The notes: a model not told the origin generated them from the sequence alone. A stretch of 9,179 bases of DNA from a virus (IMGVR_UViG_2548876955_000006:1-9179), one strand, 5' to 3'; counted from the first letter of the stretch, positions 1 through 9,065 are shown. Numbers and translations: made by a program.

Positions 1-33
1 AAAGTTAACCATCTGTGCGGCGATGTTTTTCAT
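1..33 (-). CDS. P: Replication protein P, 5' end only (runs off the window edge)
   Basis: Reverse complement of 1-33 reads ATG AAA AAC ATC GCC GCA CAG ATG GTT AAC TTT = MKNIAAQMVNF, the lambda P N-terminus as I recall it. Its ATG (31-33) overlaps the O stop (30-32) in an ATGA arrangement, as in lambda. Confidence 0.85.
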   Translation of the reverse strand, partial: MKNIAAQMVNF

Positions 34-929
34 AAATCCACCCCGTAAATCCAGTCAGTGTTTGTCAGGTCGAGTTTTGGTTTGCTGGCTGTCACGCCTG
101 CCTGTTGCTTGTTACGGTTGATTTCGAGCTGGGTCCACTTGTCGCGGAGTTTGGCCGGGCTCAGCACGTTACCGGACCAGAAGTTGTCCTGGCATGCCCA
201 GCGGAACAGTACGCACATGTCGCGATGGTTACGTCCGTCACGTTCACGCATCAGGCGGATATCGTTAGCCCACCCTGCAAAATTCGGTTTTCTGGCTGAT
301 GGCGCGATGGTCTTCACCATGTCAAACATCCACTCTGCGGCGGTCAGGTCTTCTGCTGTTCCCCACTTGCTGCCGCTCTGAATTGCAGCATCCGGTTTAA
401 CCACAGAAAGATCGTTTTCTGGCTGGTCAGAGGATTCGCCAGAATTCTCGGACGAATAATCTTTTCTTTTTTCTTTTGTAATAGTGTCTTTTGTGTCCCC
501 CTGTTTTGAGGGATAGCAATCCCCCAATTTGAGGGATGTTTTATCCCTCGTTTTAGGGGATTTTCCCTCGTTTTGAGGGATACACCATTCTGAGATGTTT
601 TTATTTGGTCCAAACATGCCGCCTTGCTGCTTGATAATATTCATTCTGACGAGTTCTAACTTGGCTTCATTGCACCGTTTGACGGGTAACTTTGTAATCT
701 CGCTAAGTTGAGAATCGGTGATTCTGTCCATTGGTTTATTCCACCCATAGGTTTTACGCAGAATGGCAAGCAGCACTTTAAACTGTCGCTTGGTCAGATC
801 TGCGCCTGAATAAGCCTCAAGCAGCATATTTGATAGTCTGGCGTAACCATCATCGAGATCTGCCACATTACGCTCCTGTCCGGCAAAGTTACCTCTGCCG
901 AAGTTGAGTATTTTTGCTGTATTTGTCAT
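30..929 (-). CDS. O: Replication initiator protein O (lambda O-like)
   Basis: 299-aa ORF MTNTAKILNFGRGNFAGQERNVADLDDGYARLSNMLLEAY...DWIYGVDL, matching lambda O from memory. AGGAG Shine-Dalgarno upstream of the ATG at 927-929. Contains the ori iterons internally. Confidence 0.95.
   Translation of the reverse strand: MTNTAKILNFGRGNFAGQERNVADLDDGYARLSNMLLEAYSGADLTKRQFKVLLAILRKTYGWNKPMDRITDSQLSEITKLPVKRCNEAKLELVRMNIIKQQGGMFGPNKNISEWCIPQNEGKSPKTRDKTSLKLGDCYPSKQGDTKDTITKEKRKDYSSENSGESSDQPENDLSVVKPDAAIQSGSKWGTAEDLTAAEWMFDMVKTIAPSARKPNFAGWANDIRLMRERDGRNHRDMCVLFRWACQDNFWSGNVLSPAKLRDKWTQLEINRNKQQAGVTASKPKLDLTNTDWIYGVDL
498..583. repeat. Origin of replication: four iterons (O-binding sites) inside the O gene, with adjacent AT-rich stretch (approx 440-480)
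   Basis: Four ~18-19 bp repeats of the form (A)TCCCTC-N-TTGAGGGA(T): ccctgttttgagggat, atcccccaatttgagggat, atccctcgttttaggggat, ttccctcgttttgagggat. Lambda ori has this architecture. Confidence 0.85.
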
Positions 930-932
930 AAT
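904..932 (+). promoter_or_regulatory. Po promoter for oop RNA
   Basis: -35 TTGAGT (904-909), 17-bp spacer, -10 CATAAT (927-932), placing the start about 7 nt downstream at the oop 5' end. Confidence 0.5.
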
Positions 933-939
933 GACTCCT

Positions 940-1016
940 GTTGATAGATCCAGTAATGACCTCAGAACTCCATCTGGATTTGTTCAGAACGCTCGGTTGC
1001 CGCCGGGCGTTTTTTA
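940..1016 (+). ncRNA. oop: oop antisense RNA (antisense to the cII 3' end), with intrinsic terminator
   Basis: Sequence gttgatagatccagtaatgacctcagaactccatctggatttgttcagaacgctcggttgccgccgggcgtttttt matches lambda oop RNA as recalled. It is 77 nt, ends in a GC-rich hairpin plus T6, and overlaps the 3' end of cII on the opposite strand. Confidence 0.8.
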
Positions 1017-1255
1017 TTGGTGAGAATCGCAGCAACTTGTCGCGCCAATCGAGCCATGTCGTCGTCAACGACCCCCCATTCAAGAACAGCAAGCAGCATT
1101 GAGAACTTTGGAATCCAGTCTCTCTTCCACCTGCTGATCTGCGACTTATCAACTCCCACAGCTTCCGCTGTCTTCTCAGTTCCAAGCATTGCGATTTTGT
1201 TAAGCAACGCACTCTCGATTCGTAGAGCCTCGTTGCGTTTGTTTGCACGAACCAT
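962..1255 (-). CDS. cII: Transcriptional activator CII
   Basis: The internal Met of ORF 962..1315 gives the 97-aa MVRANKRNEALRIESALLNKIAMLGTEKTAEAVGVDKSQISRWKRDWIPKFSMLLAVLEWGVVDDDMARLARQVAAILTNKKRPAATERSEQIQMEF, identical to lambda CII as recalled. AAGGAA Shine-Dalgarno upstream of the ATG at 1253-1255. Confidence 0.95.
   Translation of the reverse strand: MVRANKRNEALRIESALLNKIAMLGTEKTAEAVGVDKSQISRWKRDWIPKFSMLLAVLEWGVVDDDMARLARQVAAILTNKKRPAATERSEQIQMEF
1233..1246 (+). promoter_or_regulatory. CII-binding site TTGC-N6-TTGC of the pRE promoter (would drive plus-strand transcription toward cI)
   Basis: ttgcgtttgtttgc lies just inside the 5' end of cII on the opposite strand, the lambda pRE arrangement. 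Confidence 0.6.
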
Positions 1256-1334
1256 ATGTAAGTATTTCCTTAGATAACAATTGATTGAATGTATGCAAAT
1301 AAATGCATACACCATAGGTGTGGTTTAATTTGAT

Positions 1335-1367
1335 GCCCTTTTTCAGGGCTGGGATGTGTAAGAGCGG
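1335..1367 (-). promoter_or_regulatory. nutR (boxA + boxB) N-utilisation site
   Basis: Minus strand reads CGCTCTTACACA (boxA, 1356-1367) followed by GCCCTGAAAAAGGGC (boxB stem-loop, 1335-1349), between cro and cII. Confidence 0.8.
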
Positions 1368-1374
1368 GAATGTC

Positions 1375-1590
1375 TTAAGCGGCTTTGTGTTCCGGCGGGA
1401 ACACGTCATCAAGACTGACTTCTGCGCCTAACTTGTTTAGGCACTCAACAAGAGCACGGCATGTTTTAAGGTCTGGGAAGCGACGACCAGATTCCCAATG
1501 TCCGATAGCTCCCTGTGTGCATCCAACTGCCTTAGCAAGTGTTGTTTGAGAGATATTCAGTGACTCTCGATATTTTCGTAGGTTGCTCAT
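1375..1590 (-). CDS. cro: Cro-like repressor (HTH, XRE-type; not lambda Cro)
   Basis: 71-aa MSNLRKYRESLNISQTTLAKAVGCTQGAIGHWESGRRFPDLKTCRALVECLNKLGAEVSLDDVFPPEHKAA, from the internal ATG of ORF 1375..1761 with a GGAGG Shine-Dalgarno. Helix-turn-helix signature. Divergent from cI and followed by nutR-cII. Confidence 0.85.
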   Translation of the reverse strand: MSNLRKYRESLNISQTTLAKAVGCTQGAIGHWESGRRFPDLKTCRALVECLNKLGAEVSLDDVFPPEHKAA

Positions 1591-1701
1591 ATGCCCTCCA
1601 TAGTAACCATGAAACAATAATACGATATGTACTTTTAGAATGCAAACAAAAAATACATCTTGTGCATGGATGGTTTTAGTACAGAGCGTAATAATAAGGG
1701 T
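1591..1701. promoter_or_regulatory. OR operator region with divergent PR (minus) and PRM (plus) promoters
   Basis: 111-bp cro-cI intergenic region. PR candidate on the minus strand: -35 TTTGCA (complement of 1641-1646), 18-bp spacer, -10 TATTAT (complement of 1617-1622). Operator-like sites sharing the core RTACA-N-CGTA: 1620-1634 (tacgatatgtact) and 1678-1692 (agtacagagcgtaat), with a weaker middle site near 1650-1664. Confidence 0.5.
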
Positions 1702-2361
1702 ATGAAAATGAAATGGTATGAACTGGCTAGATCCAGAATGAAAGAGCTCGGCATAACTCAAGAGAAGTTAGCTGAAGAGCTTGGTATGACGCAGGGTGGA
1801 ATTGGTCACTGGTTGCGCGGATCTCGTCATCCATCTCTTGACGAGATTGGTGTGGTGTTTAAATACCTTGGTATTGATAACGTCTCATTCAACCACGACG
1901 GTACATTTTCACCTGTTGGCGAATACTCATCTGCCCCCGTTAAAAAACAATATGAGTACCCTGTTTTTTCTCATGTTCAGGCCGGGATGTTCTCGCCTGA
2001 GCTTAGAACCTTTACCAAAGGTGATGCGGAGAGATGGGTCAGCACAACCAAAAAAGCCAGTGATTGTGCGTTCTGGCTTGAAGTTGAAGGTAATTCCATG
2101 ACCGCGCCAACAGGATCCAAGCCAAGCTTTCCTGACGGGATGTTAATTCTCGTTGACCCTGAGCAGGCTGTTGAGCCAGGTGATTTCTGCATAGCCAGAC
2201 TTGGTGGTGACGAGTTTACCTTCAAGAAACTGATCAGGGATAGCGGTCAGGTGTTCCTACAGCCACTAAACCCGCAATATCCAATGATTCCATGCAATGA
2301 TAGCTGTTCCGTAGTAGGGAAAGTTATCGCCAGCCAGTGGCCTGAAGAGACATTTAGTTAA
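1702..2361 (+). CDS. cI: CI-type phage repressor (N-terminal HTH plus LexA/S24-like autocleavage domain)
   Basis: 219 aa from ATG 1702 ([37 protein letters not shown]...), with AAGGG Shine-Dalgarno. The C-terminal domain carries an Ala-Gly cleavage site (VQAGMF), the catalytic Ser (GNSM) and Lys (FKKL), and matches the lambda cI C-terminal domain as recalled. The N-terminal domain is non-lambda. Confidence 0.9.
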   Translation: MKMKWYELARSRMKELGITQEKLAEELGMTQGGIGHWLRGSRHPSLDEIGVVFKYLGIDNVSFNHDGTFSPVGEYSSAPVKKQYEYPVFSHVQAGMFSPELRTFTKGDAERWVSTTKKASDCAFWLEVEGNSMTAPTGSKPSFPDGMLILVDPEQAVEPGDFCIARLGGDEFTFKKLIRDSGQVFLQPLNPQYPMIPCNDSCSVVGKVIASQWPEETFS

Positions 2362-2392
2362 CAGCCTCACCACTCTAAAGCACACAACAATA

Positions 2393-2421
2393 ACCCGACC
2401 TTAGTGTCGGGTTTTCTTTTT
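2393..2421 (+). terminator. Intrinsic terminator downstream of cI
   Basis: Hairpin acccgac-cttagt-gtcgggt followed by TTTTCTTTTT. Confidence 0.6.
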
Positions 2422-2440
2422 CCAAAATATAAACCCACTA

Positions 2441-2521
2441 AATACAAAGCGTTATAAAAAACTAATTATATTTAGAACATTTTGTATTGACTCAATAAAG
2501 TACAAATCGTACTATTTAGCC
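2441..2521 (+). promoter_or_regulatory. OL operators and PL promoter
   Basis: -35 TTGACT (2487-2492), 17-bp spacer, -10 TACTAT (2510-2515), start near 2522 (ATCAGCAGG, as for the lambda PL transcript). Operator-like sites of the same family as OR: 2442-2455 atacaaagcgttat, 2474-2488 (complement aatacaaaatgttct), 2499-2513 agtacaaatcgtact. Confidence 0.55.
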
Positions 2522-2554
2522 ATCAGCAGGACGCACTAACCACCATGAAGGTGA

Positions 2555-2585
2555 TGCTCTTAAAAATTAAGCCCTGAAGAAGGGC
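2555..2585 (+). promoter_or_regulatory. nutL (boxA + boxB)
   Basis: TGCTCTTAAAAATTAA followed by GCCCTGAAGAAGGGC (boxB hairpin, 2571-2585) in the PL leader, matching lambda nutL apart from one boxA position. Confidence 0.85.
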
Positions 2586-2742
2586 AGCATTCAAAGCAGA
2601 AGGCTTTGGGGTGTGTGATACGAAACGAAGCATTGGCCGGAAGTGCGAATCCGGATTAGCTGCAAATGAGCCAATCGGGGGTGTTTTCGTTCAGGACTAC
2701 GACTCACACACACCACCAAAGCTAACTGACAAGAGAATCCAG

Positions 2743-4565
<1,823 letters not shown>

Positions 4566-4635
4566 TGGAGCACCTGTGTTGTTCTGAGGTGAGCATATCA
4601 CCTCTGTTCAGGTGGCCAAATTCAGTGTGCCACTA

Positions 4636-4893
<258 letters not shown>

Positions 4894-4926
4894 TTAAAAG
4901 ACAGGCATACTAATAAACACTGCACT

Positions 4927-4954
4927 GTGTATTCATTCCAACGAGTGAATACAC
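4927..4954. promoter_or_regulatory. Perfect 9-bp inverted repeat GTGTATTCA-N10-TGAATACAC (possible regulator binding site or RNA hairpin)
   Basis: Read directly from the sequence. No adjacent T-tract on either strand, so it is unlikely to be an intrinsic terminator. Confidence 0.35.
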
Positions 4955-5016
4955 GGAGCAATGTCGCTCGTAACTAAACAGGAGCCGACTTGTTCTGATT
5001 ATTGGAAATCTTCTTT

Positions 5017-5040
5017 GCCCTCCAGTGTGAGGGCTTTTTT
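5017..5040 (+). terminator. Intrinsic terminator on the plus strand upstream of cIII (tL-like)
   Basis: GCCCTC-cagtgt-GAGGGC hairpin followed by TTTTTT. The T-tract is only on the plus strand. Confidence 0.6.
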
Positions 5041-5106
5041 ATATGCATACCAATAACGCTTCACGAGAGGCGTTTTCGTTATGCAATCAAATATAAGGAG
5101 TTACCC

Positions 5107-5241
5107 ATGATGCACTTTCAGCTCGCGGGTAGCGGCGTCATGTCCGCTTTCTACCCGCTCGAATCTGAATTATCACGCCGAGTTAAACAATTAATCAGAG
5201 CAGCAAAGAAACAACTGGAGGCGTTATGCGCAATGAAATAA
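5107..5241 (+). CDS. cIII: CIII-like protein (putative FtsH inhibitor)
   Basis: 44-aa MMHFQLAGSGVMSAFYPLESELSRRVKQLIRAAKKQLEALCAMK with AAGGAG Shine-Dalgarno. Resembles the lambda CIII pattern (M.Y.IAG...ESLLERI.RKL) and occupies the cIII position before kil. The ORF-track start at 5002 is an upstream over-extension. Confidence 0.6.
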   Translation: MMHFQLAGSGVMSAFYPLESELSRRVKQLIRAAKKQLEALCAMK

Positions 5242-5378
5242 CCATCAATCACCAGATGCTTCGTGCAGCACAAAACAAAGCAGTAATAGCCAGATTTATT
5301 GGTGATTCCAAAATGTGGCTTGAAGCAAATAAAGCGATGAAATCAGCTATCAACCTTCCGTGGTATCGCAGGAAATGA
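5226..5378 (+). CDS. kil: Kil-like protein (host cell-division inhibitor)
   Basis: 50-aa MRNEITINHQMLRAAQNKAVIARFIGDSKMWLEANKAMKSAINLPWYRRK, absent from the ORF track because it is short. Its start overlaps the cIII 3' end, as kil does in lambda. The IARFIGD-KM segment resembles lambda Kil from memory. Confidence 0.5.
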   Translation: MRNEITINHQMLRAAQNKAVIARFIGDSKMWLEANKAMKSAINLPWYRRK

Positions 5379-5453
5379 GTTTTACAGATAACTGGTCAGA
5401 CGAAGAATTCATTCGTCAGATGAAAGAATTAATCGGTAACGAAGGAGATATTC

Positions 5454-5624
5454 ATGTCACTTGCAACCACCGTGAAGGAGAGCAAGTTACAGAGACGCAT
5501 GTACACGCAGCAGGCGTTAATGTATCGCCAGAAGGGAGATCGTGAAGGTGTTCGCGTCTTTTTAAATGCGGCAAAGACCGAAGTATTAAATCAGCGTTAT
5601 TTCCTTGGTCCATGTCCATTCTGA
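5454..5624 (+). CDS. Hypothetical small protein (56 aa) at the position lambda gam occupies
   Basis: MSLATTVKESKLQRRMYTQQALMYRQKGDREGVRVFLNAAKTEVLNQRYFLGPCPF. Strong Shine-Dalgarno AAGGAG 6 nt before the ATG. Its stop precedes the SSAP gene by 8 nt. No family recognised. Confidence 0.45.
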   Translation: MSLATTVKESKLQRRMYTQQALMYRQKGDREGVRVFLNAAKTEVLNQRYFLGPCPF

Positions 5625-5632
5625 GGTGAATT

Positions 5633-6340
5633 ATGGATTTGAATAAATTCGATGAGCCATTCAGCCCTGAAGATATCGAATGGCGAATACAGCAAAGCGG
5701 TAAAACACGCGATGGCAAGGTGTGGGCTATGGTGCTGGCTTATGTCACGAACAGGGCAATCATGAAACGCCTGGACGATGTTTGCGGCAAAGCAGGATGG
5801 CGCAATGAATACCGCGATATTCCCAACAACGGAGGCGTTGAATGCGGCATATCAATCAGGATTGATTCCGAATGGGTAACCAAATGGGATGCTGCTGAAA
5901 ACACGCAGGTAGAAGCCGTCAAAGGTGGTCGTTCCGGCGCAATGAAGCGCGCTGCCGTTCAGTGGGGAATCGGTCGGTATCTGTATAACCTTGAGGAAGG
6001 TTTCGCACAAACATCTCTCGATAAAAAGCAGGGGTGGCACAGGGCAAAACTGAAGGATGGAACAGGATTTTACTGGCTCCCTCCATCGCTGCCGGGATGG
6101 GCAATCCCAGCATCAGATAACAAACCATCACCAGAAAATACCAACCAGAAATCTCCATCGGTTGACTGCGAACAAATCCTGAAAGACTTCAGCGATTATG
6201 CATCAACAGAAACTGACAAGAAAAAACTCATCGAGCGTTATCAGCGTGACTGGCAATTAATGGCTGGCAACGAGGAGGCACAGGCTAAATGCGTTCAGGT
6301 AATGAACATCAGAGTTAACGAACTAAAACAGGCGGCATAA
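5633..6340 (+). CDS. Rad52-like single-strand annealing protein (Sak-type recombinase)
   Basis: 235 aa with GAGGTG Shine-Dalgarno. Motifs typical of the phage Rad52/Sak family (...RDGKVWAMVLAYV...GGVECGISIRI...GAMKRAAVQWGIGRYLY). Occupies the position of lambda bet. Confidence 0.7.
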   Translation: MDLNKFDEPFSPEDIEWRIQQSGKTRDGKVWAMVLAYVTNRAIMKRLDDVCGKAGWRNEYRDIPNNGGVECGISIRIDSEWVTKWDAAENTQVEAVKGGRSGAMKRAAVQWGIGRYLYNLEEGFAQTSLDKKQGWHRAKLKDGTGFYWLPPSLPGWAIPASDNKPSPENTNQKSPSVDCEQILKDFSDYASTETDKKKLIERYQRDWQLMAGNEEAQAKCVQVMNIRVNELKQAA

Positions 6341-6808
6341 ATGTCTCACTTGGACGGAATTATTAAAAGATTCGAGTCCAGCTACAAAGTTAATGAAACA
6401 ACAGGTTGCTGGGAGTCTACCTATTCAAAAAACAAAGGAGGATACACAAAATTTGTAGCCTTTGGCGTAACAATGCTTTCTCATCGGGTTGCTTTTGAGC
6501 TTTATCACTCCCCCATTCCATCTGGGAAGATGGTTTGCCACAAATGCGATAACCCATGCTGCGTTAATCCTGAACATCTCTTTTTAGGTAGCGCGCAAGA
6601 AAACATGGACGACAAGATAGCAAAAGGAAGGCATCGTGGAGCCAAGAAAGGTCATGCTCATCATGGTGCAAAATTAACAGAGTGGCAGGTTATAGAAATT
6701 AGGAAAAGACTCTCTGAAAAAGAGAGTCAGTACAAGATAGCAAAAGACATGGGTGTATCTCAATCAATTATAAGCAACATAAAAACTGGCAAGAGGTGGA
6801 GCAAATGA
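6341..6808 (+). CDS. HNH endonuclease (HNH_3-like) with C-terminal HTH
   Basis: 155 aa with the HNH signature ...[45 protein letters not shown]... The ATG directly follows the SSAP stop, and its own stop overlaps the ssb ATG. Confidence 0.85.
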   Translation: MSHLDGIIKRFESSYKVNETTGCWESTYSKNKGGYTKFVAFGVTMLSHRVAFELYHSPIPSGKMVCHKCDNPCCVNPEHLFLGSAQENMDDKIAKGRHRGAKKGHAHHGAKLTEWQVIEIRKRLSEKESQYKIAKDMGVSQSIISNIKTGKRWSK

Positions 6809-7311
6809 GTTCTCGCGGGATAAATAAGGTGATTATCCTTGGTCGGGTAGGACAAGACCCGGAAGTTCGATACTCACCATCAGGAACAGCGTTCGCTAAC
6901 CTGACAATAGCCACGTCAGAACAATGGCGAGATAAAAATACTGGCGAGCAAAAGGAATTGACTGAATGGCATCGTGTTGCTGTATCCGGGAAACTGGCTG
7001 AGGTCGTGGGGCAGTATGTGAAAAAAGGTGATCAGATTTATTTCGAGGGAATGCTGAGAACCAGAAAGTGGAAAGACCAGTCAGGGCAAGACCGTTACAC
7101 AACCGAGGTTCATGTCGGAATTAATGGCGTGATGCAAATGCTTGGCGGCATTGGCGACAGCAAACAACAAGCAGCCAGCAGGCAATCACAGAAGCCACAG
7201 CAGCAATCATCACCAGCACAACACAACGAACCTCCGATGGATTTTGACGACGATATACCCTTTGCACCAGTAACTCTCCCCTTCCCTCGTCACGCTATTC
7301 ACGCAATTTAA
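6805..7311 (+). CDS. ssb: Single-stranded DNA-binding protein
   Basis: 168 aa [44 protein letters not shown]...[15 protein letters not shown]...[18 protein letters not shown]..., with the acidic C-terminal tail [11 protein letters not shown]. Closely resembles E. coli SSB as recalled. Confidence 0.9.
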   Translation: MSSRGINKVIILGRVGQDPEVRYSPSGTAFANLTIATSEQWRDKNTGEQKELTEWHRVAVSGKLAEVVGQYVKKGDQIYFEGMLRTRKWKDQSGQDRYTTEVHVGINGVMQMLGGIGDSKQQAASRQSQKPQQQSSPAQHNEPPMDFDDDIPFAPVTLPFPRHAIHAI

Positions 7312-7324
7312 TCAGGAGAAAATC

Positions 7325-7618
7325 ATGCCAGCGCCTCTGTATGGTGCGGATGACCCGCGCCGCTGTTCCGGCAATTCCGTATCGGAGGTGCTGGATAAAT
7401 TCAGAAAAAACTACGATCGGATAATGTCGCTACCGCAGGAAACGAAAGAGGAAAAGGAATTTCGCCATTGTATATGGCTTGCAGAGAAAGAAGAACGCGA
7501 GCGAATTTACCAGACATCAATCCGACCATTCCGCAAAGCCACATATACCCACTTCCCTGAAATTGACCCGCGCCTGCGTAATTATCGATCACGCTATGGC
7601 GCTATCAGTAATGACTGA
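7325..7618 (+). CDS. Hypothetical protein (97 aa)
   Basis: ORF with Shine-Dalgarno CAGGAGAAA 6 nt upstream of the ATG. No recognised domain. Part of the co-directional early-left operon. Confidence 0.5.
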   Translation: MPAPLYGADDPRRCSGNSVSEVLDKFRKNYDRIMSLPQETKEEKEFRHCIWLAEKEERERIYQTSIRPFRKATYTHFPEIDPRLRNYRSRYGAISND

Positions 7619-7628
7619 GGAATTTACC

Positions 7629-7793
7629 ATGAGAGGACTTGCATACAATCCCGGCATTCTTCCGGCAGAAATGATTATTCGCCAACGCGTAAAGCCAATG
7701 CCATCGAGAGAGGAATTGCTTAAGAGAAATTCTTCTCCGTCAGTGAATCAAAACAAATATCTGAATGCGATGTGGCGGAGTGGGAAGAAATGA
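7629..7793 (+). CDS. Hypothetical small protein (54 aa)
   Basis: [60 protein letters not shown] Shine-Dalgarno 7 nt upstream. An alternative ATG at 7611 has no Shine-Dalgarno. Its stop overlaps the next ATG (ATGA). Confidence 0.45.
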   Translation: MRGLAYNPGILPAEMIIRQRVKPMPSREELLKRNSSPSVNQNKYLNAMWRSGKK

Positions 7794-8227
7794 AACGAAT
7801 GACACTAATTGAGATGGATGGATTTCTGAAAGGTAAATGCATCCCATGTGATTTAAAGGTTAACGAAACAAATGCTGAATATCTGGTACGCAAATTTGCT
7901 GAAGCGGAGGCCAAGTGCGCGGCGCTGGCGGCGGAGAATGCGGAGCTGAAGTCTGTGCACCCTCAACCATTCGGAGCAGAGATGATGAAGGCTCTTGATG
8001 AGTATGAGAAGCATCAGGATGAAGTGCCAGAGACTGGAATGCTCAATGCATTTTTCATCTTGCGCGACAGCATCCGTGTTGAAACCCCAGCCACCGACTC
8101 TTTCCTGTCTGAAGTGCGGGCGCAGGGGGTTGAGATGATGCGCGAACACCCATCAATCAAACTTTGCTCTTTGACGCACATATGTGATGAGTTAGCCGCC
8201 CAGCTTCGCAAAGGAGGCAACCAGTGA
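7790..8227 (+). CDS. Hypothetical protein (145 aa), possibly Ead/Ea22-like
   Basis: [54 protein letters not shown]... with a coiled-coil-like Ala/Glu-rich segment. The Ea22-like assignment is a weak recollection, not a verified match. Confidence 0.5.
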   Translation: MKRMTLIEMDGFLKGKCIPCDLKVNETNAEYLVRKFAEAEAKCAALAAENAELKSVHPQPFGAEMMKALDEYEKHQDEVPETGMLNAFFILRDSIRVETPATDSFLSEVRAQGVEMMREHPSIKLCSLTHICDELAAQLRKGGNQ

Positions 8228-8307
8228 CTGGACATGCAGCAATCCTCGACATGTGCTGTGGCAGTCGCATGTTCTGGTTAGATAAGAATGACGAACGGGC
8301 GAGATAA
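8224..8307 (+). pseudogene. Possible truncated gene remnant (27 codons) with a SAM-methyltransferase motif-I-like sequence
   Basis: GTG-initiated [27 protein letters not shown] then stop. ILDMCCGS resembles motif I (hhDhxxGxG-like) of methyltransferases. Downstream frames are closed by multiple stops. Confidence 0.3.
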
Positions 8308-8357
8308 GCGATCGGTTAAGTGCTATAGTAATGCGCTTTTGTATTTATGGAGTGAAT

Positions 8358-9056
8358 ATGAAAAATATCCTACTGGCATCATTGTTAGTGGCATCGCCGG
8401 GTGCATTTGCAGCCAGCTTTGACTGCCAAAAGGCTTCGACAGCAATCGAACATAAAATCTGCGATAACGAACGTCTGTCAAAATTAGACGAACAGCTTAG
8501 CTCTGCCTATTCTAGTGCCCTCAAAGGAAACCCAGAGAACGCAGACACCCTAAAAATGGTTCAACGTCAGTGGGTAAATATGCGTGGAAAACTCACTGAT
8601 AATAAGGCTCTGGAGCTGGCTTATCTTATCCAAATTAATGGCCTCAAAGGTTTGGGGAGTTCAGTCAGCGTAACAGCGGCCAATGACATACCCACGTCGG
8701 CGCAGAAACATTCTGAAGAGCAGGAAGAAACAAGTAAGGCAGAAGCTAAGTCGGTCAAGAACGGCAATGAGCTAACCTTAGAGTCATTCCGAGCTAAATA
8801 TGTAGAAGTAGATGGTGAGTATTACAGCACGACATCCATTCCTAGAGGCAGTTCGTTCTTGTTCACTTGCGCCAGTCGTATTGCTGATGACCAAGTGAAT
8901 ATTTGGAAGAAACAGGCAGCCAAAGAGGGCAAAATCGACTTATTCTTTGAGGTTGAGAATCACTTACACACGGCTATGTTGAACGCCAATTTTCAGAAGT
9001 TGAATTCAGACCCTGCCAAAAGAGGTATTTGTAATCTGATTAACGCAGTGCCGTAA
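8358..9056 (+). CDS. Secreted DUF1311 / LprI-like (lysozyme-inhibitor family N-terminal domain) protein
   Basis: 232 aa from ATG 8358 with GGAG Shine-Dalgarno. Signal peptide MKNILLASLLVASPGAFA|AS. DUF1311-type pattern FDCQKASTAIEHKICDNERLSKLDEQLSSAYSSALKG...LKMVQRQWVNMR. C-terminal half of unknown function. Followed by a strong terminator. Confidence 0.7.
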   Translation: MKNILLASLLVASPGAFAASFDCQKASTAIEHKICDNERLSKLDEQLSSAYSSALKGNPENADTLKMVQRQWVNMRGKLTDNKALELAYLIQINGLKGLGSSVSVTAANDIPTSAQKHSEEQEETSKAEAKSVKNGNELTLESFRAKYVEVDGEYYSTTSIPRGSSFLFTCASRIADDQVNIWKKQAAKEGKIDLFFEVENHLHTAMLNANFQKLNSDPAKRGICNLINAVP

Positions 9057-9065
9057 GTAAATTTA

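Noticed and set aside
498-583. Tandem repeats that could be mistaken for a CRISPR array
   Set aside because: Only four degenerate 18-19 bp repeats with 4-6 bp spacers, located inside the O gene. This is the lambdoid ori iteron arrangement, not repeats separated by spacers.
58-613. ORFs 58..381(+), 105..299(+) and 344..613(-) from the six-frame track
   Set aside because: All lie within, or in alternate frames of, the well-supported O gene. They have no Shine-Dalgarno sequence and are shadow ORFs.
889-1412. ORFs 889..1248(-), 1017..1277(+), 1200..1412(-), and the upstream extension of 962..1315
   Set aside because: They overlap cII, oop or nutR in other frames. The cII start is fixed at 1255 by identity to lambda CII and its Shine-Dalgarno.
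1796-2225. ORFs 1796..2101(+) and 1977..2225(-)
   Set aside because: Alternate-frame and antisense ORFs inside cI.
5360-5545. ORF 5360..5545(+) (MSFTDNWSDEEF... from ATG 5375)
   Set aside because: Overlaps the 5454..5624 ORF in another frame and has only a weak, badly spaced AGGA. The neighbouring ORF has an optimal Shine-Dalgarno. Kept as a possibility but not called.
5452-6158. ORFs 5452..5718(-), 5740..5922(-), 5852..6040(-) and 5919..6158(-)
   Set aside because: Antisense to the small ORF and the Rad52-like gene, within a tightly packed co-directional operon.
6896-8235. ORFs 6896..7102(-), 7401..7592(-), 7720..7914(-), 7853..8149(-), 8014..8235(-), and the upstream extension of 7479..7793(+)
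   Set aside because: Antisense or over-extended relative to ssb and the downstream hypothetical genes, which have proper ribosome-binding sites and coupling.
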